NCBI GenBank assembly: GCA_016792845.1
Contig: JAEUKH010000043.1
Span: 25,846-89,845, forward strand
From: Myxococcales bacterium
GTDB taxonomy: Bacteria; Myxococcota_A; Polyangia; Polyangiales; Ga0077539
Direction: 5' to 3'
Length of the DNA stretch: 64,000 nucleotides
Under the pieces are notes generated by a model. The model searched no databases and was not told where the DNA came from. It was given only the letters and a program-made list of their open reading frames with translations. Positions 51,084-61,062 of the stretch are shown piece by piece. Positions within the stretch are counted from its first letter, which is position 1. Every line of letters begins with the position of its first letter. Made by a program: the position numbers and the translations under genes.

Positions 51084-53669
51084 TCACTGCGGGCTCGGCG
51101 CTGCGGCCGCGGCCGGGCGTCGCGCTTCGAGCCGAGTCACCGGGTTGGGCGCCGCCCCCGTGAGCACAAAGAGCGTGGTCGAAGGGTAGGCGTCTCGCAA
51201 GGTCTCGGCGCCGCGCCAGTGGGTCTCGCGGTTCGGCGTCGCGCGGGTCAAGGCCACCGCGTCGCGGGCCCCGAGCTCGGCGAGGAGGGCGTCGAGCGCC
51301 TCGCGCCCCAACCGGCCCTCGATGCGAAACACACGCCCTGGCGCCAGGGCCCACACCGTGCGCGCATCGTCGTCGGGGTCGCGGGCGACCGGCTGACCCT
51401 GCCGTCGCACGACCCGCGCCTGCACCCCGCTCGTCACCTCAGGGCCCATCGCGCCCTCGCCCATCACCAGACGCCCCGACGCGACCCCGAGGTAGCCCTC
51501 GACGCCGCCCCCTGCGGGCATCAAGGTCGCGCCGTTGACCCGCAAGCCCCGAGGCACCGAGGGGCTCCGCGCCGTGCCGAGCTCGAAGGCCCCCAAGAGC
51601 TGCGACGCGCGCTCCCGCGGGAGCGTCGTGAGGGCCTCCCAGGTCGCGCCGCCCCCGACCGAGAGCGCCGGCTCTGAGCGCCCTCCGCGGAGGTCGAAGC
51701 TCAGCCGTTCGGGCTGCATCGCCACCACCTCGACGGCCTCCTGGTCGACGCTCAGCGTGAGCCGATGCAAGCTCGGCAGCCAGCGCGGCGCGGGCTCAGG
51801 CAAGGCCTCGGTGCGCCACGCGACGCCCCGCAACGGCGGCGGCGCCACCGGGCGGAGCGCCAGGTAGAAGAAGTCTTTGAGGGTGTAATAGAGAAAGCGG
51901 TCGCCGTGCGACTGCATCCCGTGCAAGAGCGGCTGATACTGAAACTGACGGCGCGCGACGTCTTCGACCCTGAGAAAATGAAAGGCGGCGTGGGTCGGGT
52001 TCATGTCGAGGTGGAGGCCGTAATCGCAGCCCACCATGCGCATCGTGCGCGCGAGGAGGCGCCCCGTGGTCTCTTCGCCCCAGAAGTAGAAGAGGTGCCC
52101 GTGGCGGTCGCCGCAGAGGCCCGAGCGCACCGTCGGCATCGACTCGATGCCCCCGAGCACGAAGCCCCAAAGCGCACGCCGGGTGGGGTTCTCGACGCCG
52201 TCGGCCACCAAGGGGTCGAGGTTCTGACGCAGCGACACCAGGCCCTCGGGGAGCCCCGTGTCGGGCCCCCAAGAGCCCAAGGCCACCGTGCCGTCGTCGA
52301 AGCTCGCCACCGTGGCGGCCCGCGGGCGAGGCGGCAAGAGCACGCGCCCCGAGACCACCATGCCGTAGCCCCCGTGCTCGGTCTTGAACGCCCCGTTGAA
52401 GGCCCCCACCACCCGCGGCATGAGGGCAGGGTCGCGCGGAATTCTGCCGTCTCCCCGCGGGCCCACGAGGGGCACCGGGTCTTCGACGCCGGCTTGCATC
52501 CCGAGCTCGATCTGCCGCGCGTCGATGGCCAGCACCTCGACCCGCGCGTAGGGGCGCTCTCGGTCGAGCCGCAGAAAGCTGCGGTAAAAGGCCGGGGGCG
52601 CGCCCTCTAGGCGGCGCAGCCACGACGGCGACGCGGGCACCCACTGACCCTCGCCCCGCTCGGCGTCTCCCAAGGGCGGCGGCACCGTCGGCGGCGGCCA
52701 GTGCACGTCGTCAGGGTCGACCAGCGCCTCGGTGGCCACCGACTGGCCCTCGCGCGGCGCCTCTTCGACGGCCTCGCTCGCGGCCTGCGAGGGGCGCACC
52801 CCGAGGTAGCGGAAGGCCACCCGACGCCAGCGGTCGCGCACCCCGAACACCGTCTCTTCGAGCCACGCGATGGGCGCAGGGCCCACGAAGGGCAAGGCCC
52901 TCACCGTGTCGACGGCCCAGATGAGCGCGGGCTTCTCGATCTCCTGGGCCCGCACCAGGGTGAGGCCGTCGACCGGCGTCACCCGCTCGCCGTCGAGCGA
53001 CACCTGCCAGCGCGACGCGCCCGCCGCCACGCGCACCGCGGCGCCCGCCCCGAGCTCGAGCTGGGTCGAGGCGGCGGGGTGATCGAGGCGAAGATCCCAG
53101 CGACGGTCGGGACCGAACGAGGCCCGCTCAGACCAGCGCGTGAGGCGACGGGTGAGCGGCACCGGGCCGTCGTCGCCGCGGTTCGGGTCGAGCACCGTCA
53201 CGCTGCCCACCTGACCGAAGGCCCGGGTCGCGAAGCCCCACCGACGGAGCCGCGACGGCGCCACCTCGCGCTCGACCACCAGCGGGCCGTCGTCGCCCAG
53301 GGGCGAGCGCGTGAGGTTGGCCAGAGACACCACCGAGAGCACCGCGCCCGAGGCCGTAAAGCGCACCCGGGCCCGAAACACGTCGCGGAGCCCCGCCCGA
53401 CCCACCGGCGCCGTGAACAGCACCGAGCGCCCCCAGAGCGCGTCGCCGAGACCGATCGGAGCGCCCGACTCGAACACCATCGAGCCCGCATCGACCGCGA
53501 GCCCCGAGCGCGCCGAGAGCGCCGACACCATCCGCGCCCGCGGCCCCGCAGCGACCGCCGCGCCCGACGCCCCCCCGCGCGCGAGCTCCGCCGCCGTCGT
53601 CACAACACACAACAAGGCCAACGCACGGAGCGAGGCTCGCAATGGGTTCTTCGCCGCGCGCATCACCAC
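51084..53669 (-). CDS. Large secreted hypothetical protein with possible C-terminal phosphodiester-glycosidase (DUF2233/NAGPA-like) domain
   Basis: Signal peptide LRALALLCVVTTAAELARG. The C-terminal region FNGAFKTEHGGYGMVVSGRVLLPP...GFVLGGIESMPTVRSG...MRMVGCDYGLHLDMNPTHAAF loosely resembles DUF2233. Confidence 0.45.
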   Translation of the reverse strand: MVMRAAKNPLRASLRALALLCVVTTAAELARGGASGAAVAAGPRARMVSALSARSGLAVDAGSMVFESGAPIGLGDALWGRSVLFTAPVGRAGLRDVFRARVRFTASGAVLSVVSLANLTRSPLGDDGPLVVEREVAPSRLRRWGFATRAFGQVGSVTVLDPNRGDDGPVPLTRRLTRWSERASFGPDRRWDLRLDHPAASTQLELGAGAAVRVAAGASRWQVSLDGERVTPVDGLTLVRAQEIEKPALIWAVDTVRALPFVGPAPIAWLEETVFGVRDRWRRVAFRYLGVRPSQAASEAVEEAPREGQSVATEALVDPDDVHWPPPTVPPPLGDAERGEGQWVPASPSWLRRLEGAPPAFYRSFLRLDRERPYARVEVLAIDARQIELGMQAGVEDPVPLVGPRGDGRIPRDPALMPRVVGAFNGAFKTEHGGYGMVVSGRVLLPPRPRAATVASFDDGTVALGSWGPDTGLPEGLVSLRQNLDPLVADGVENPTRRALWGFVLGGIESMPTVRSGLCGDRHGHLFYFWGEETTGRLLARTMRMVGCDYGLHLDMNPTHAAFHFLRVEDVARRQFQYQPLLHGMQSHGDRFLYYTLKDFFYLALRPVAPPPLRGVAWRTEALPEPAPRWLPSLHRLTLSVDQEAVEVVAMQPERLSFDLRGGRSEPALSVGGGATWEALTTLPRERASQLLGAFELGTARSPSVPRGLRVNGATLMPAGGGVEGYLGVASGRLVMGEGAMGPEVTSGVQARVVRRQGQPVARDPDDDARTVWALAPGRVFRIEGRLGREALDALLAELGARDAVALTRATPNRETHWRGAETLRDAYPSTTLFVLTGAAPNPVTRLEARRPAAAAAPSPQ

Positions 53670-53747
53670 AAGGCCACGGGCGGTACCTCCGGCACGCGGC
53701 CCGCGTCAAGACGCTCAGCGCCGAGATGTGTTAGGCCCCTCGCCGCG

Positions 53748-54206
53748 ATGCCTCTCGGGTCACCCACGGCGCTGGTCAAGCTCGCGCTGCTCTCGCACGC
53801 CCTCGCGGCCACGGTGCTCACCGGCGCGGTCACCCACCTCGCCGTGGTCGTCTGGGCCGCTCGGCGCGGGCGGGCCAACCCGCGGCTCATGAAGCTCTAC
53901 CCCGCCGTGGCCCTCGTCGCCTTCGGGCTCACCTTTGCGCTCGGCGCGCTCACCTACCCCATCTACCGCGTCTCGGTGCGGGCCGCCTTCCTCGACCAGC
54001 ACGCGGTCTGGGCGAGCGTGCTCTTCGACCTGAAAGAGAACCTCGCCGTGCTCGTGGCGCCGCTCCTCGTCGGAGCCTTCGCCCTCACCCGCTCGGCCCC
54101 CCGACGACCCGACCCGATGCTGGCGCTCTGCGCTTGGGGCGCCGCCGCGGCGGTGTGGTTCAACCTGCTCGCGGGGCTCCTCGTGGTGAGCGTTCGGAGC
54201 GTATGA
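53748..54206 (+). CDS. Small polytopic membrane protein
   Basis: Four hydrophobic helices. Divergent from the large secreted protein. Confidence 0.5.
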   Translation: MPLGSPTALVKLALLSHALAATVLTGAVTHLAVVVWAARRGRANPRLMKLYPAVALVAFGLTFALGALTYPIYRVSVRAAFLDQHAVWASVLFDLKENLAVLVAPLLVGAFALTRSAPRRPDPMLALCAWGAAAAVWFNLLAGLLVVSVRSV

Positions 54207-54544
54207 ACCCCGACGCCGCCCGCCTCGCCACAGCCCTCGGCGCCCTCTCGCTCGGGCTCACCTACCTCGCCACCACCGCGGGCAAGCTGGGGCTGTTCTA
54301 CTACCTCCCGACCGCCCACCGCTGGACCCTCGCCCCCCCGACGGCCCTCATCGCGATGGACTGGTTCGCCCGCGCCCTCTGGAGTCTCGTCGCCTTGGCC
54401 CTCGGGTTCGGCTCCGGCCTCGCCCTCGCGCGCCGCTGGCCGACCCGCGCCGCGACGCTCACCCGCGCCCTCTGGAGCCTCGCGGTGGTCGCCCTCAGCT
54501 GGTCTGCGGTCTTCACCGCGATGTGGCTCGTCTACGGTCGCTAG
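54203..54544 (+). CDS. Small polytopic membrane protein (translationally coupled, ATGA overlap)
   Basis: The ATG at 54203 overlaps the TGA of the upstream gene. Three to four TM helices. Confidence 0.5.
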   Translation: MNPDAARLATALGALSLGLTYLATTAGKLGLFYYLPTAHRWTLAPPTALIAMDWFARALWSLVALALGFGSGLALARRWPTRAATLTRALWSLAVVALSWSAVFTAMWLVYGR

Positions 54545-54594
54545 CCGCCTGCGCCGACGCGCTTCGCCTTGTCGCGCCGCGCGCTTCGCAGTTT

Positions 54595-54800
54595 GTCGTC
54601 GCGGCGTTGCAGGCCCTGCACGCCCCCGCCCGCGCTGTCGTCGCGGCGTCGCAAGCCCCGCACCCGCCCGCCCGCACTGTCGTCGCGGCGCTGCAAGCCC
54701 CGCACGCCCTCGCCCGCGCTGTCGTCGCGGCGTCGCAAGGCCCGTACGCGCCCGCCGGCACCGTCGTCGCGGCGTCGCAAGCCCCGCGCCGCGCTCGGGC
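54595..54800. repeat. Intergenic tandem array, ~4.9 copies of a 42-bp unit (gtcgtcgcggcgtcgcaagccccgcacccgcccgcccgcact consensus)
   Basis: Direct reading: units at 54595, 54637, 54679, 54721, 54763 with a few substitutions each. Located 70 bp upstream of the small zinc-ribbon gene. Confidence 0.85.
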
Positions 54801-54871
54801 TGGAATCTTCGCCCGAGCGGGCTACACTCGGCCCGCGCGTCGAACCCTTTGACCGTTGAGGAGCGAGCACG

Positions 54872-55123
54872 ATGCTGATGGGTGGTCTTGCGTGTGAGAG
54901 TTGTGGGCGTCCGATGGCGTCGCAGGCTGATCGGGCCGGGGGCCTGGCCGACGCGCGGTACTGCGCCCAGTGCGGCGACCGGCGCGGGCAGCTTCGCCCC
55001 TTCGAGGCCGTGCTCGAAGCGCTGATCGTGAACGACTACATGGGCCGCAACGGGCTCGACCGCGGGGCCGCCGAGATCGCAGCCCGCAACGCCCTCGCGC
55101 GCCAGCCCGCCTGGCGTAAGTAA
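54872..55123 (+). CDS. Small zinc-ribbon protein (83 aa)
   Basis: CESCGRP...YCAQCGD (CxxC-x17-CxxC). The ATG is preceded by GAGGAGCGAGCACG. Confidence 0.5.
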   Translation: MLMGGLACESCGRPMASQADRAGGLADARYCAQCGDRRGQLRPFEAVLEALIVNDYMGRNGLDRGAAEIAARNALARQPAWRK

Positions 55124-55276
55124 CGCACCCCCATTCACAGAACACCCGCGGGAGCCGCCTCGCGGCTCAGCCCCAAACACAGAGGGCCCGCGGGGGCCGC
55201 GTCGCGACACACCCGAAGGCCCTCGGTGCAGGCGCCGCCCCGATGCCGAGGCGAGGCGCCGGTCAGGGTCGACCGC

Positions 55277-56290
<1,014 letters not shown>

Positions 56291-56529
56291 GGTTTTTAGT
56301 CTCCAGCGCCCGATGCCAACCAACTGGTTCTTGCAGGCGCAATCGGCGACCTAGCACGGCCCGACGCGGGGCGACAATCCCCACCCGGTGTCAGAACGGT
56401 GCCCCCGCGGTGTCGCGCCCGCACAATCGAAAGCGCCGCCGCGGCTTGAGCTTTGGCGTCGAGGGCCCTTAGGCTCGGCGCGCCCGTCGGGCGCTCGGCG
56501 CGACGGCCACCACACGGAGCATCTTCGCC

Positions 56530-57204
56530 ATGGTCACCCGGGTCTACGTCGACGTCGACACCCAACACGACTTCTGTTCACCCGACGGGGCGCTCTTTGT
56601 GCGCGGAGCTCCCGCGACCATGGGGCCCATCGCGGCGCTCCTCGGGGCCGCGCGGCGCGACGGCTCTCCCATCGTCGGGAGCGTCGACAGTCACAGCCAC
56701 GACGCCTGGGAGTTCGCCACCAACGACCGGCGCGGCCCTGGGGGTGAGAAGCCGAACTTTCCGCCGCACTGTGTGAAGGGCACGGCGGGGTGGTTGAAGC
56801 TCACCGAGACGCTCCCTTCGCGTTTTTATTTCGTGCCGATGGCGCCCGACGTCGACGCGGCGGGGCGCATCCCCGCGGGCACCGAGGCGGTGTACTTCGA
56901 GAAGGAGGTCTACTCGCTCTTTGCGAACCCCAACGCCGAGGCCGTGCTCGACGCGTTCTGCCCTCCGGGGCCGGTCGAGTTCGTGGTCTTCGGCGTGGCC
57001 ACCGACTACTGCGTTGCGGCCGCGGCCCGGGGCCTGGTCGGGTGGGTCGCTGCCCGCTCCGCCCGCGCTGGGAGCCGCGTTCGGCTCGCGGTCGATGCGG
57101 TGGCGGCGGTCGACCCTGCGCAGGGCGAGCGCACGCTCCGGGCGCTGGCCGAAGAGGGCGTCGCCCTCGACACGACGGCGTCGATTCTGGCGCCCACAGG
57201 CTGA
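56530..57204 (+). CDS. pncA: Nicotinamidase/pyrazinamidase (isochorismatase superfamily)
   Basis: DVDTQHDF matches the PncA DxQxDF motif, PPHCVKGTAGWLKL matches HCVxGTxG, and ATDYCV carries the catalytic Cys. Confidence 0.75.
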   Translation: MVTRVYVDVDTQHDFCSPDGALFVRGAPATMGPIAALLGAARRDGSPIVGSVDSHSHDAWEFATNDRRGPGGEKPNFPPHCVKGTAGWLKLTETLPSRFYFVPMAPDVDAAGRIPAGTEAVYFEKEVYSLFANPNAEAVLDAFCPPGPVEFVVFGVATDYCVAAAARGLVGWVAARSARAGSRVRLAVDAVAAVDPAQGERTLRALAEEGVALDTTASILAPTG

Positions 57205-57403
57205 CCGGAGCTGAGCGGCGGGCCCGGCCCTTGCGCTTTGGGGTGAGGTCACACCGGGGGAGACGTCAGCCGCGCGCGAGTCTCGCCACAGCTGCGCATT
57301 GTGCGCCCCACAGCGATGAGGTCACGCCCCCGCCGCCGCCCGCCCCGGGGAGCCCCGCACGGGGTTGACGCCCGGGCGCGGAAGCGGCACACACCGCAGC
57401 GGA

Positions 57404-58708
57404 ATGTTGCTGCAATTTGCGGTAGAAAACTACCTCTCCGTGCGCGAGCAGGCGGTGCTCTCGATGCTGAAGCCGCCAGGCGCTCGGGTCGATCCGCGGC
57501 ACGTCGTACGGGTCGGCGACACCTGGGAGGTGCTGCGCTGCGCGGCCCTCTACGGCGCCAACGCATCGGGCAAGTCCAACCTCGTCAGGGCGCTCGGCAC
57601 CTTCCGACGCCTGGTCACCCACGGCGTGCGTCCCGACGAGACGCTCCCCGCGCAGCCCTTCTTGCTCGACGGGGCCCATGAATCAGCGCCTACGCGCTTC
57701 GAGCTTGAACTACTCCTCGATGGGCAACACCACGCCTACGGCATCGTGTTCACCCGTGAACGGGTGGTGCAAGAGTGGCTCTACCGCGTGCACGGCGCGC
57801 GCGAAGAGATGCTCTTCGAGCGCAAGCTTGACCCGGCGGGCGAGGCCGCGGTCATCACCCTCGGCGAGACCGTCACGGCCGACCCGACGCGGCGACAGTT
57901 TCTGAGCTTTGTGGCGACGGGCACCCGCGACAACCAGCCCTTTCTCACCGAGTGCGGCGAGCGCAAGGCCCATGAGCTCACCCCGGTGCTGGCGTGGTGC
58001 CGTGAGACGCCGACGATCATTCGGCCCGAAGCGCAGCACCTTGCGCTCACGGGCTTCCTCGCCGATGCGTCAAACCGCAGTTGGGTCGAGGCGAAGCTCC
58101 ACGGCTGGGGCACGGGGGTCGCGGGCATCGAGATTCAGAAGCGACCCGTCGACGGCCCGATTCCCCTCGTCAACGACGAGCCTCACGGGCTCCAGCGAGA
58201 CGAAGCGGGCCTGTGGCAACGGAGCGTGAGGTTCAGGCACGGGCCCGAAGGCTCGCCCACGCTGCCCTGGTCAGACGAGTCTGATGGCACGCGTCGGCTG
58301 ATGCACCTCTTGCCCGCGCTGCGGCGCGCGACAGAGCACGGCAAGGGCCCGTCGCTCCTCGTCATCGACGAGCTCGATCGAAGCCTGCACACCGCGCTCA
58401 CGCGACAGTTCGTTGAGACCTTTCTCGACGGGTGTGCTGCCGATGGCTCTCAAACGCAGCTGATCTTCACGACCCACGACACCAACCTGCTCAACGGCAA
58501 GTTGCTACCGCCCGCCAGCATCTGGTTCGTTGAGAAGGACCGCCACGGCGCGTCTCAGCTGTACGCGCTCGCTGAGTTTCCCGACGCCCAGGTCGATCAG
58601 CTGCTCGAACACCTCGAAGACGGCTATCTCCAGGGCCGCTTTGGCGCCATTCCCTTCATCGCCTCTCGCGACCAGCTCGCGTGGCGGCCCCCTCGCGGCG
58701 CGGCATGA
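57404..58708 (+). CDS. AAA_21-type ABC-like ATPase (AbiLi/RloA-like; putative defence-system ATPase)
   Basis: N-terminal MLLQFAVENYLSVRE. Walker A GANASGKSNLVRAL. Walker B/D-loop SLLVIDELDRSLHTAL. H-loop LIFTTHDTNLL. The track start (TTG 57365) is less likely than the ATG at 57404. Confidence 0.75.
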   Translation: MLLQFAVENYLSVREQAVLSMLKPPGARVDPRHVVRVGDTWEVLRCAALYGANASGKSNLVRALGTFRRLVTHGVRPDETLPAQPFLLDGAHESAPTRFELELLLDGQHHAYGIVFTRERVVQEWLYRVHGAREEMLFERKLDPAGEAAVITLGETVTADPTRRQFLSFVATGTRDNQPFLTECGERKAHELTPVLAWCRETPTIIRPEAQHLALTGFLADASNRSWVEAKLHGWGTGVAGIEIQKRPVDGPIPLVNDEPHGLQRDEAGLWQRSVRFRHGPEGSPTLPWSDESDGTRRLMHLLPALRRATEHGKGPSLLVIDELDRSLHTALTRQFVETFLDGCAADGSQTQLIFTTHDTNLLNGKLLPPASIWFVEKDRHGASQLYALAEFPDAQVDQLLEHLEDGYLQGRFGAIPFIASRDQLAWRPPRGAA

Positions 58709-59331
58709 GCCTGCGAGACCGAACCAGACTGCTCCAACGCAACGTCCAGCTCCGCGACGCCCGGCTCTTTGTTGTCGCCACAGAAGGGGCCGAGACCGAG
58801 CCGAGGTACTTCGAGGCCCTTCAAACCCACGGCCTCGTGCCGCGCTCTCGCATCAAGCTGCACCTCCTGCCCACCACCGACGGACGTTCGGCGCCGCAAC
58901 ACCTCATCGAGCGGGTCGAGACCTTCCTGTCGCAGTATCGCCTTCTCTCCGACGACGCGGTCTGGCTTGTGCTCGACACCGATCTCAAGTCTGGAAACCG
59001 GTGCGCGCAGCTCTCCGAACTCACCACGCTCTGCCGCCAAAAGGGTTGGCAGGTCGCCATCAGTCACCCCTGCTTCGAGCTTTGGCTGCTGCTCCACGTC
59101 TGCGACGCCCCCGCGGGGCTTTCCGACTGCGCCAGCGTGCAGAGCGCCTTGCGCAACGAACTTGGGGCCTACCAGAAGGCCACGACCCCTGCGCTTTGCT
59201 GTGAGCCTTCGGCGCTCGAAGACGCCGTCAAGCGCGCCCGATCGCTCGACCCCGCGTCGGCCGAGTGGCCCGCGAGCCTCGGAACGGGCGTCTACCGCTT
59301 GCTCGAAGCGCTCAGGGCTTCGATGCCCTGA
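58705..59331 (+). CDS. RloB-like protein (AbiLii-like partner of the AAA_21 ATPase)
   Basis: N-terminal RLFVVATEGAETEPRYFEAL matches the RloB signature (iLIVcEGekTEpnYF). A downstream acidic VLDTDLKSG is present. The ATG overlaps the upstream TGA (ATGA at 58705-58708). Confidence 0.7.
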   Translation: MSLRDRTRLLQRNVQLRDARLFVVATEGAETEPRYFEALQTHGLVPRSRIKLHLLPTTDGRSAPQHLIERVETFLSQYRLLSDDAVWLVLDTDLKSGNRCAQLSELTTLCRQKGWQVAISHPCFELWLLLHVCDAPAGLSDCASVQSALRNELGAYQKATTPALCCEPSALEDAVKRARSLDPASAEWPASLGTGVYRLLEALRASMP

Positions 59332-59547
59332 GGGTTCACCTCACGCGAGCTCACCCCTCGCCGCCGCCCGCGACTGAATTGACCGACCGGTGAAAGAAAA
59401 TGGGAGCCGACGACGTACGAGCGGCGCCTTGGGGTCTTTTCGGTCGAATGCGAAGGCGGTAAAAGCCCCGACGGGGTCTGCAACCGGGTGGCGTTTCGGC
59501 GTCCGAGGGTGGGCAAAGCCCTGCGAAACGCGGTGAGGAGAATGGCA

Positions 59548-60255
59548 ATGCGAATGGTGAATGCACGTTCGATGGTGTGTGTCGGCGCAACCTGTGTGCT
59601 CGGCGCCTTGGCGCTCGGCGGCTGTGTGGTGGGGGGCACCGGCACCGTTCGATCGAACGGCTCGATTCAGGTTCGCCCCACCGTGGCGACCTCGGTCGCT
59701 GTCGCGCCCGCGCAGACGACGGTCTACGCCCAGCCCCAGCCGGTCTATCAGCAACCCCAGCCGGTCTATCAACAGCCCACCACCACCACGGTGGTCGTCG
59801 GGGCCGGGGCCGGGGGCGTCTACGCGGCGCCGCCTGCGGTGGGCTTCCAGCCGGTGACCCAGTCGTGGGTGACCACGGGATACGCCGAGAACGATTATGT
59901 CGCCTACCACATGAGCCTCAGGGCGCGTCAGTTCGCGGGCGGCTACTTCCCCATTACGCAGCTTTACCGCGGGCAGATGTACCAGGGGCAGCGGCAGTAC
60001 GTGAGCGTCGACGCTCAGCCGGGGCGCTGCTACCGCATCATCGGCGTGGGCGGCGAGGGCGTGCGCGACCTCGACCTGCGGCTCCTCGACATGCAGGGCA
60101 ACGTGATCGACCAAGACGTGGCCACCGACAACTTTCCGGTCTTGGGGCTCCAGCGTCAGCTCTGCCTGAACTGGCAGGGGAGCTTCCGCGTCGAGGTCAT
60201 CATGTACTCGGGCGGCGGCACCTTCGGCATCCAAGCCTTCGCCACGGGCGGCTGA
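59548..60255 (+). CDS. Hypothetical lipoprotein
   Basis: Lipobox LGALALGGC. GAGGAG is 8 nt before the ATG at 59548. It contains a QPQPVYQQPQPVYQQP repeat. Confidence 0.55.
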   Translation: MRMVNARSMVCVGATCVLGALALGGCVVGGTGTVRSNGSIQVRPTVATSVAVAPAQTTVYAQPQPVYQQPQPVYQQPTTTTVVVGAGAGGVYAAPPAVGFQPVTQSWVTTGYAENDYVAYHMSLRARQFAGGYFPITQLYRGQMYQGQRQYVSVDAQPGRCYRIIGVGGEGVRDLDLRLLDMQGNVIDQDVATDNFPVLGLQRQLCLNWQGSFRVEVIMYSGGGTFGIQAFATGG

Positions 60256-60319
60256 GCCCGCGCGCACCGGGGCCCCTCGGCCCCGAACACCCTGCCTTCC
60301 AGTAGGCATTCTCTCCGCT

Positions 60320-60910
60320 CCTCCTCCGACCACCCCCGACGCGGCGTGACCTGCACCCCCGGGGGCGTACGGCCTTGCGTCTGGCGCGACCTCACCCCCT
60401 GAAGGGCGCACGGCCCCGCGTCTGGCGTGACCTCACCCCCTGGGGGGCGTACGGCCCCGCGTCTGGCGTGACCTCACCCCCCGGGGGGATGCCCGGCCCT
60501 CGCGCCCCCTCTCCCTACCAGGAGAGGGGCAAATATAGACAAACTCAACCACCAGACAAAACAATAAGACTGTTAACTCGACATATCATTGCTATAATAA
60601 TAAAGAATCATCTTACGCTTGTCGTGTTTTGCCCCTCTCCTGACAGGGAGAGGGGGCACGAGGGCCGTACGCCCCCAAGGGGGTGAGGTCACGCCAGGTG
60701 CGGGGCCGTACGCCCCCAAGGGGGTGAGGTCACGCCAGGTGCGGAGCCGTACCCCCCCAGTGGTTGGGGTCACGTCGGGGGCCGATCGGCGCGCAGGCTC
60801 GCAAACACAAGGAAGTTCCGCAGGTAAACCTCAGCCTGACAGGGTGAGGTCACGCACGCCTCGAACCGCCCCGCCCCCTCGGCCCCTCAGCCCCTCCTCC
60901 GACCACCCCC
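60320..60910. mobile_element. Composite intergenic repeat element (MITE-like or iteron/origin-like): 18-bp terminal direct repeats, inverted arrays of a ~41-bp repeat, two identical hairpins, ~100-bp AT-rich core
   Basis: The 18-bp direct repeat cctcctccgaccaccccc is at 60320-60337 and 60893-60910. Three or so copies of gggggcgtacggccccgcgtctggcgtgacctcaccccct lie at 60361-60486, and their reverse complement x3 at 60656-60790. Hairpins cccctctcc-N5/6-ggagagggg are at 60506-60529 and 60632-60655. The core 60530-60630 is ~32% GC in a ~72% GC background. Confidence 0.6.
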
Positions 60911-61062
60911 CAGCGCGTGGGGCGTACCCCTGACGCTTCGTTGTTTCGACGCTTGAGCCTCGGGGCGCTGTAGCACTAGGCTCGTCGCCGACTGCGGCGC
61001 ATCGGGGTACCGCTGGGGTGCTCGGGGTTCGCGCTGCGTCTGCCACGCGGGGGTCGCGCGCC

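Noticed and set aside
54513-54870. Several 80-110-aa ORFs on both strands spanning the 42-bp tandem array
   Set aside because: They are open only because the repeat unit is a multiple of three. The translations are periodic Arg/Ala/Ser strings without start-site signals.
59332-59547. Possible riboswitch or leader upstream of the lipoprotein gene (small hairpin aaagccccgacggggtc)
   Set aside because: It is a single short hairpin with no recognisable riboswitch consensus. It cannot be supported without covariance-model search.
60361-60790. Possible CRISPR array (regularly spaced ~41-bp repeats)
   Set aside because: Repeats are contiguous without unique spacers. The two arrays are mutually inverted around an AT-rich core. 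No cas genes are nearby, so this is not CRISPR.
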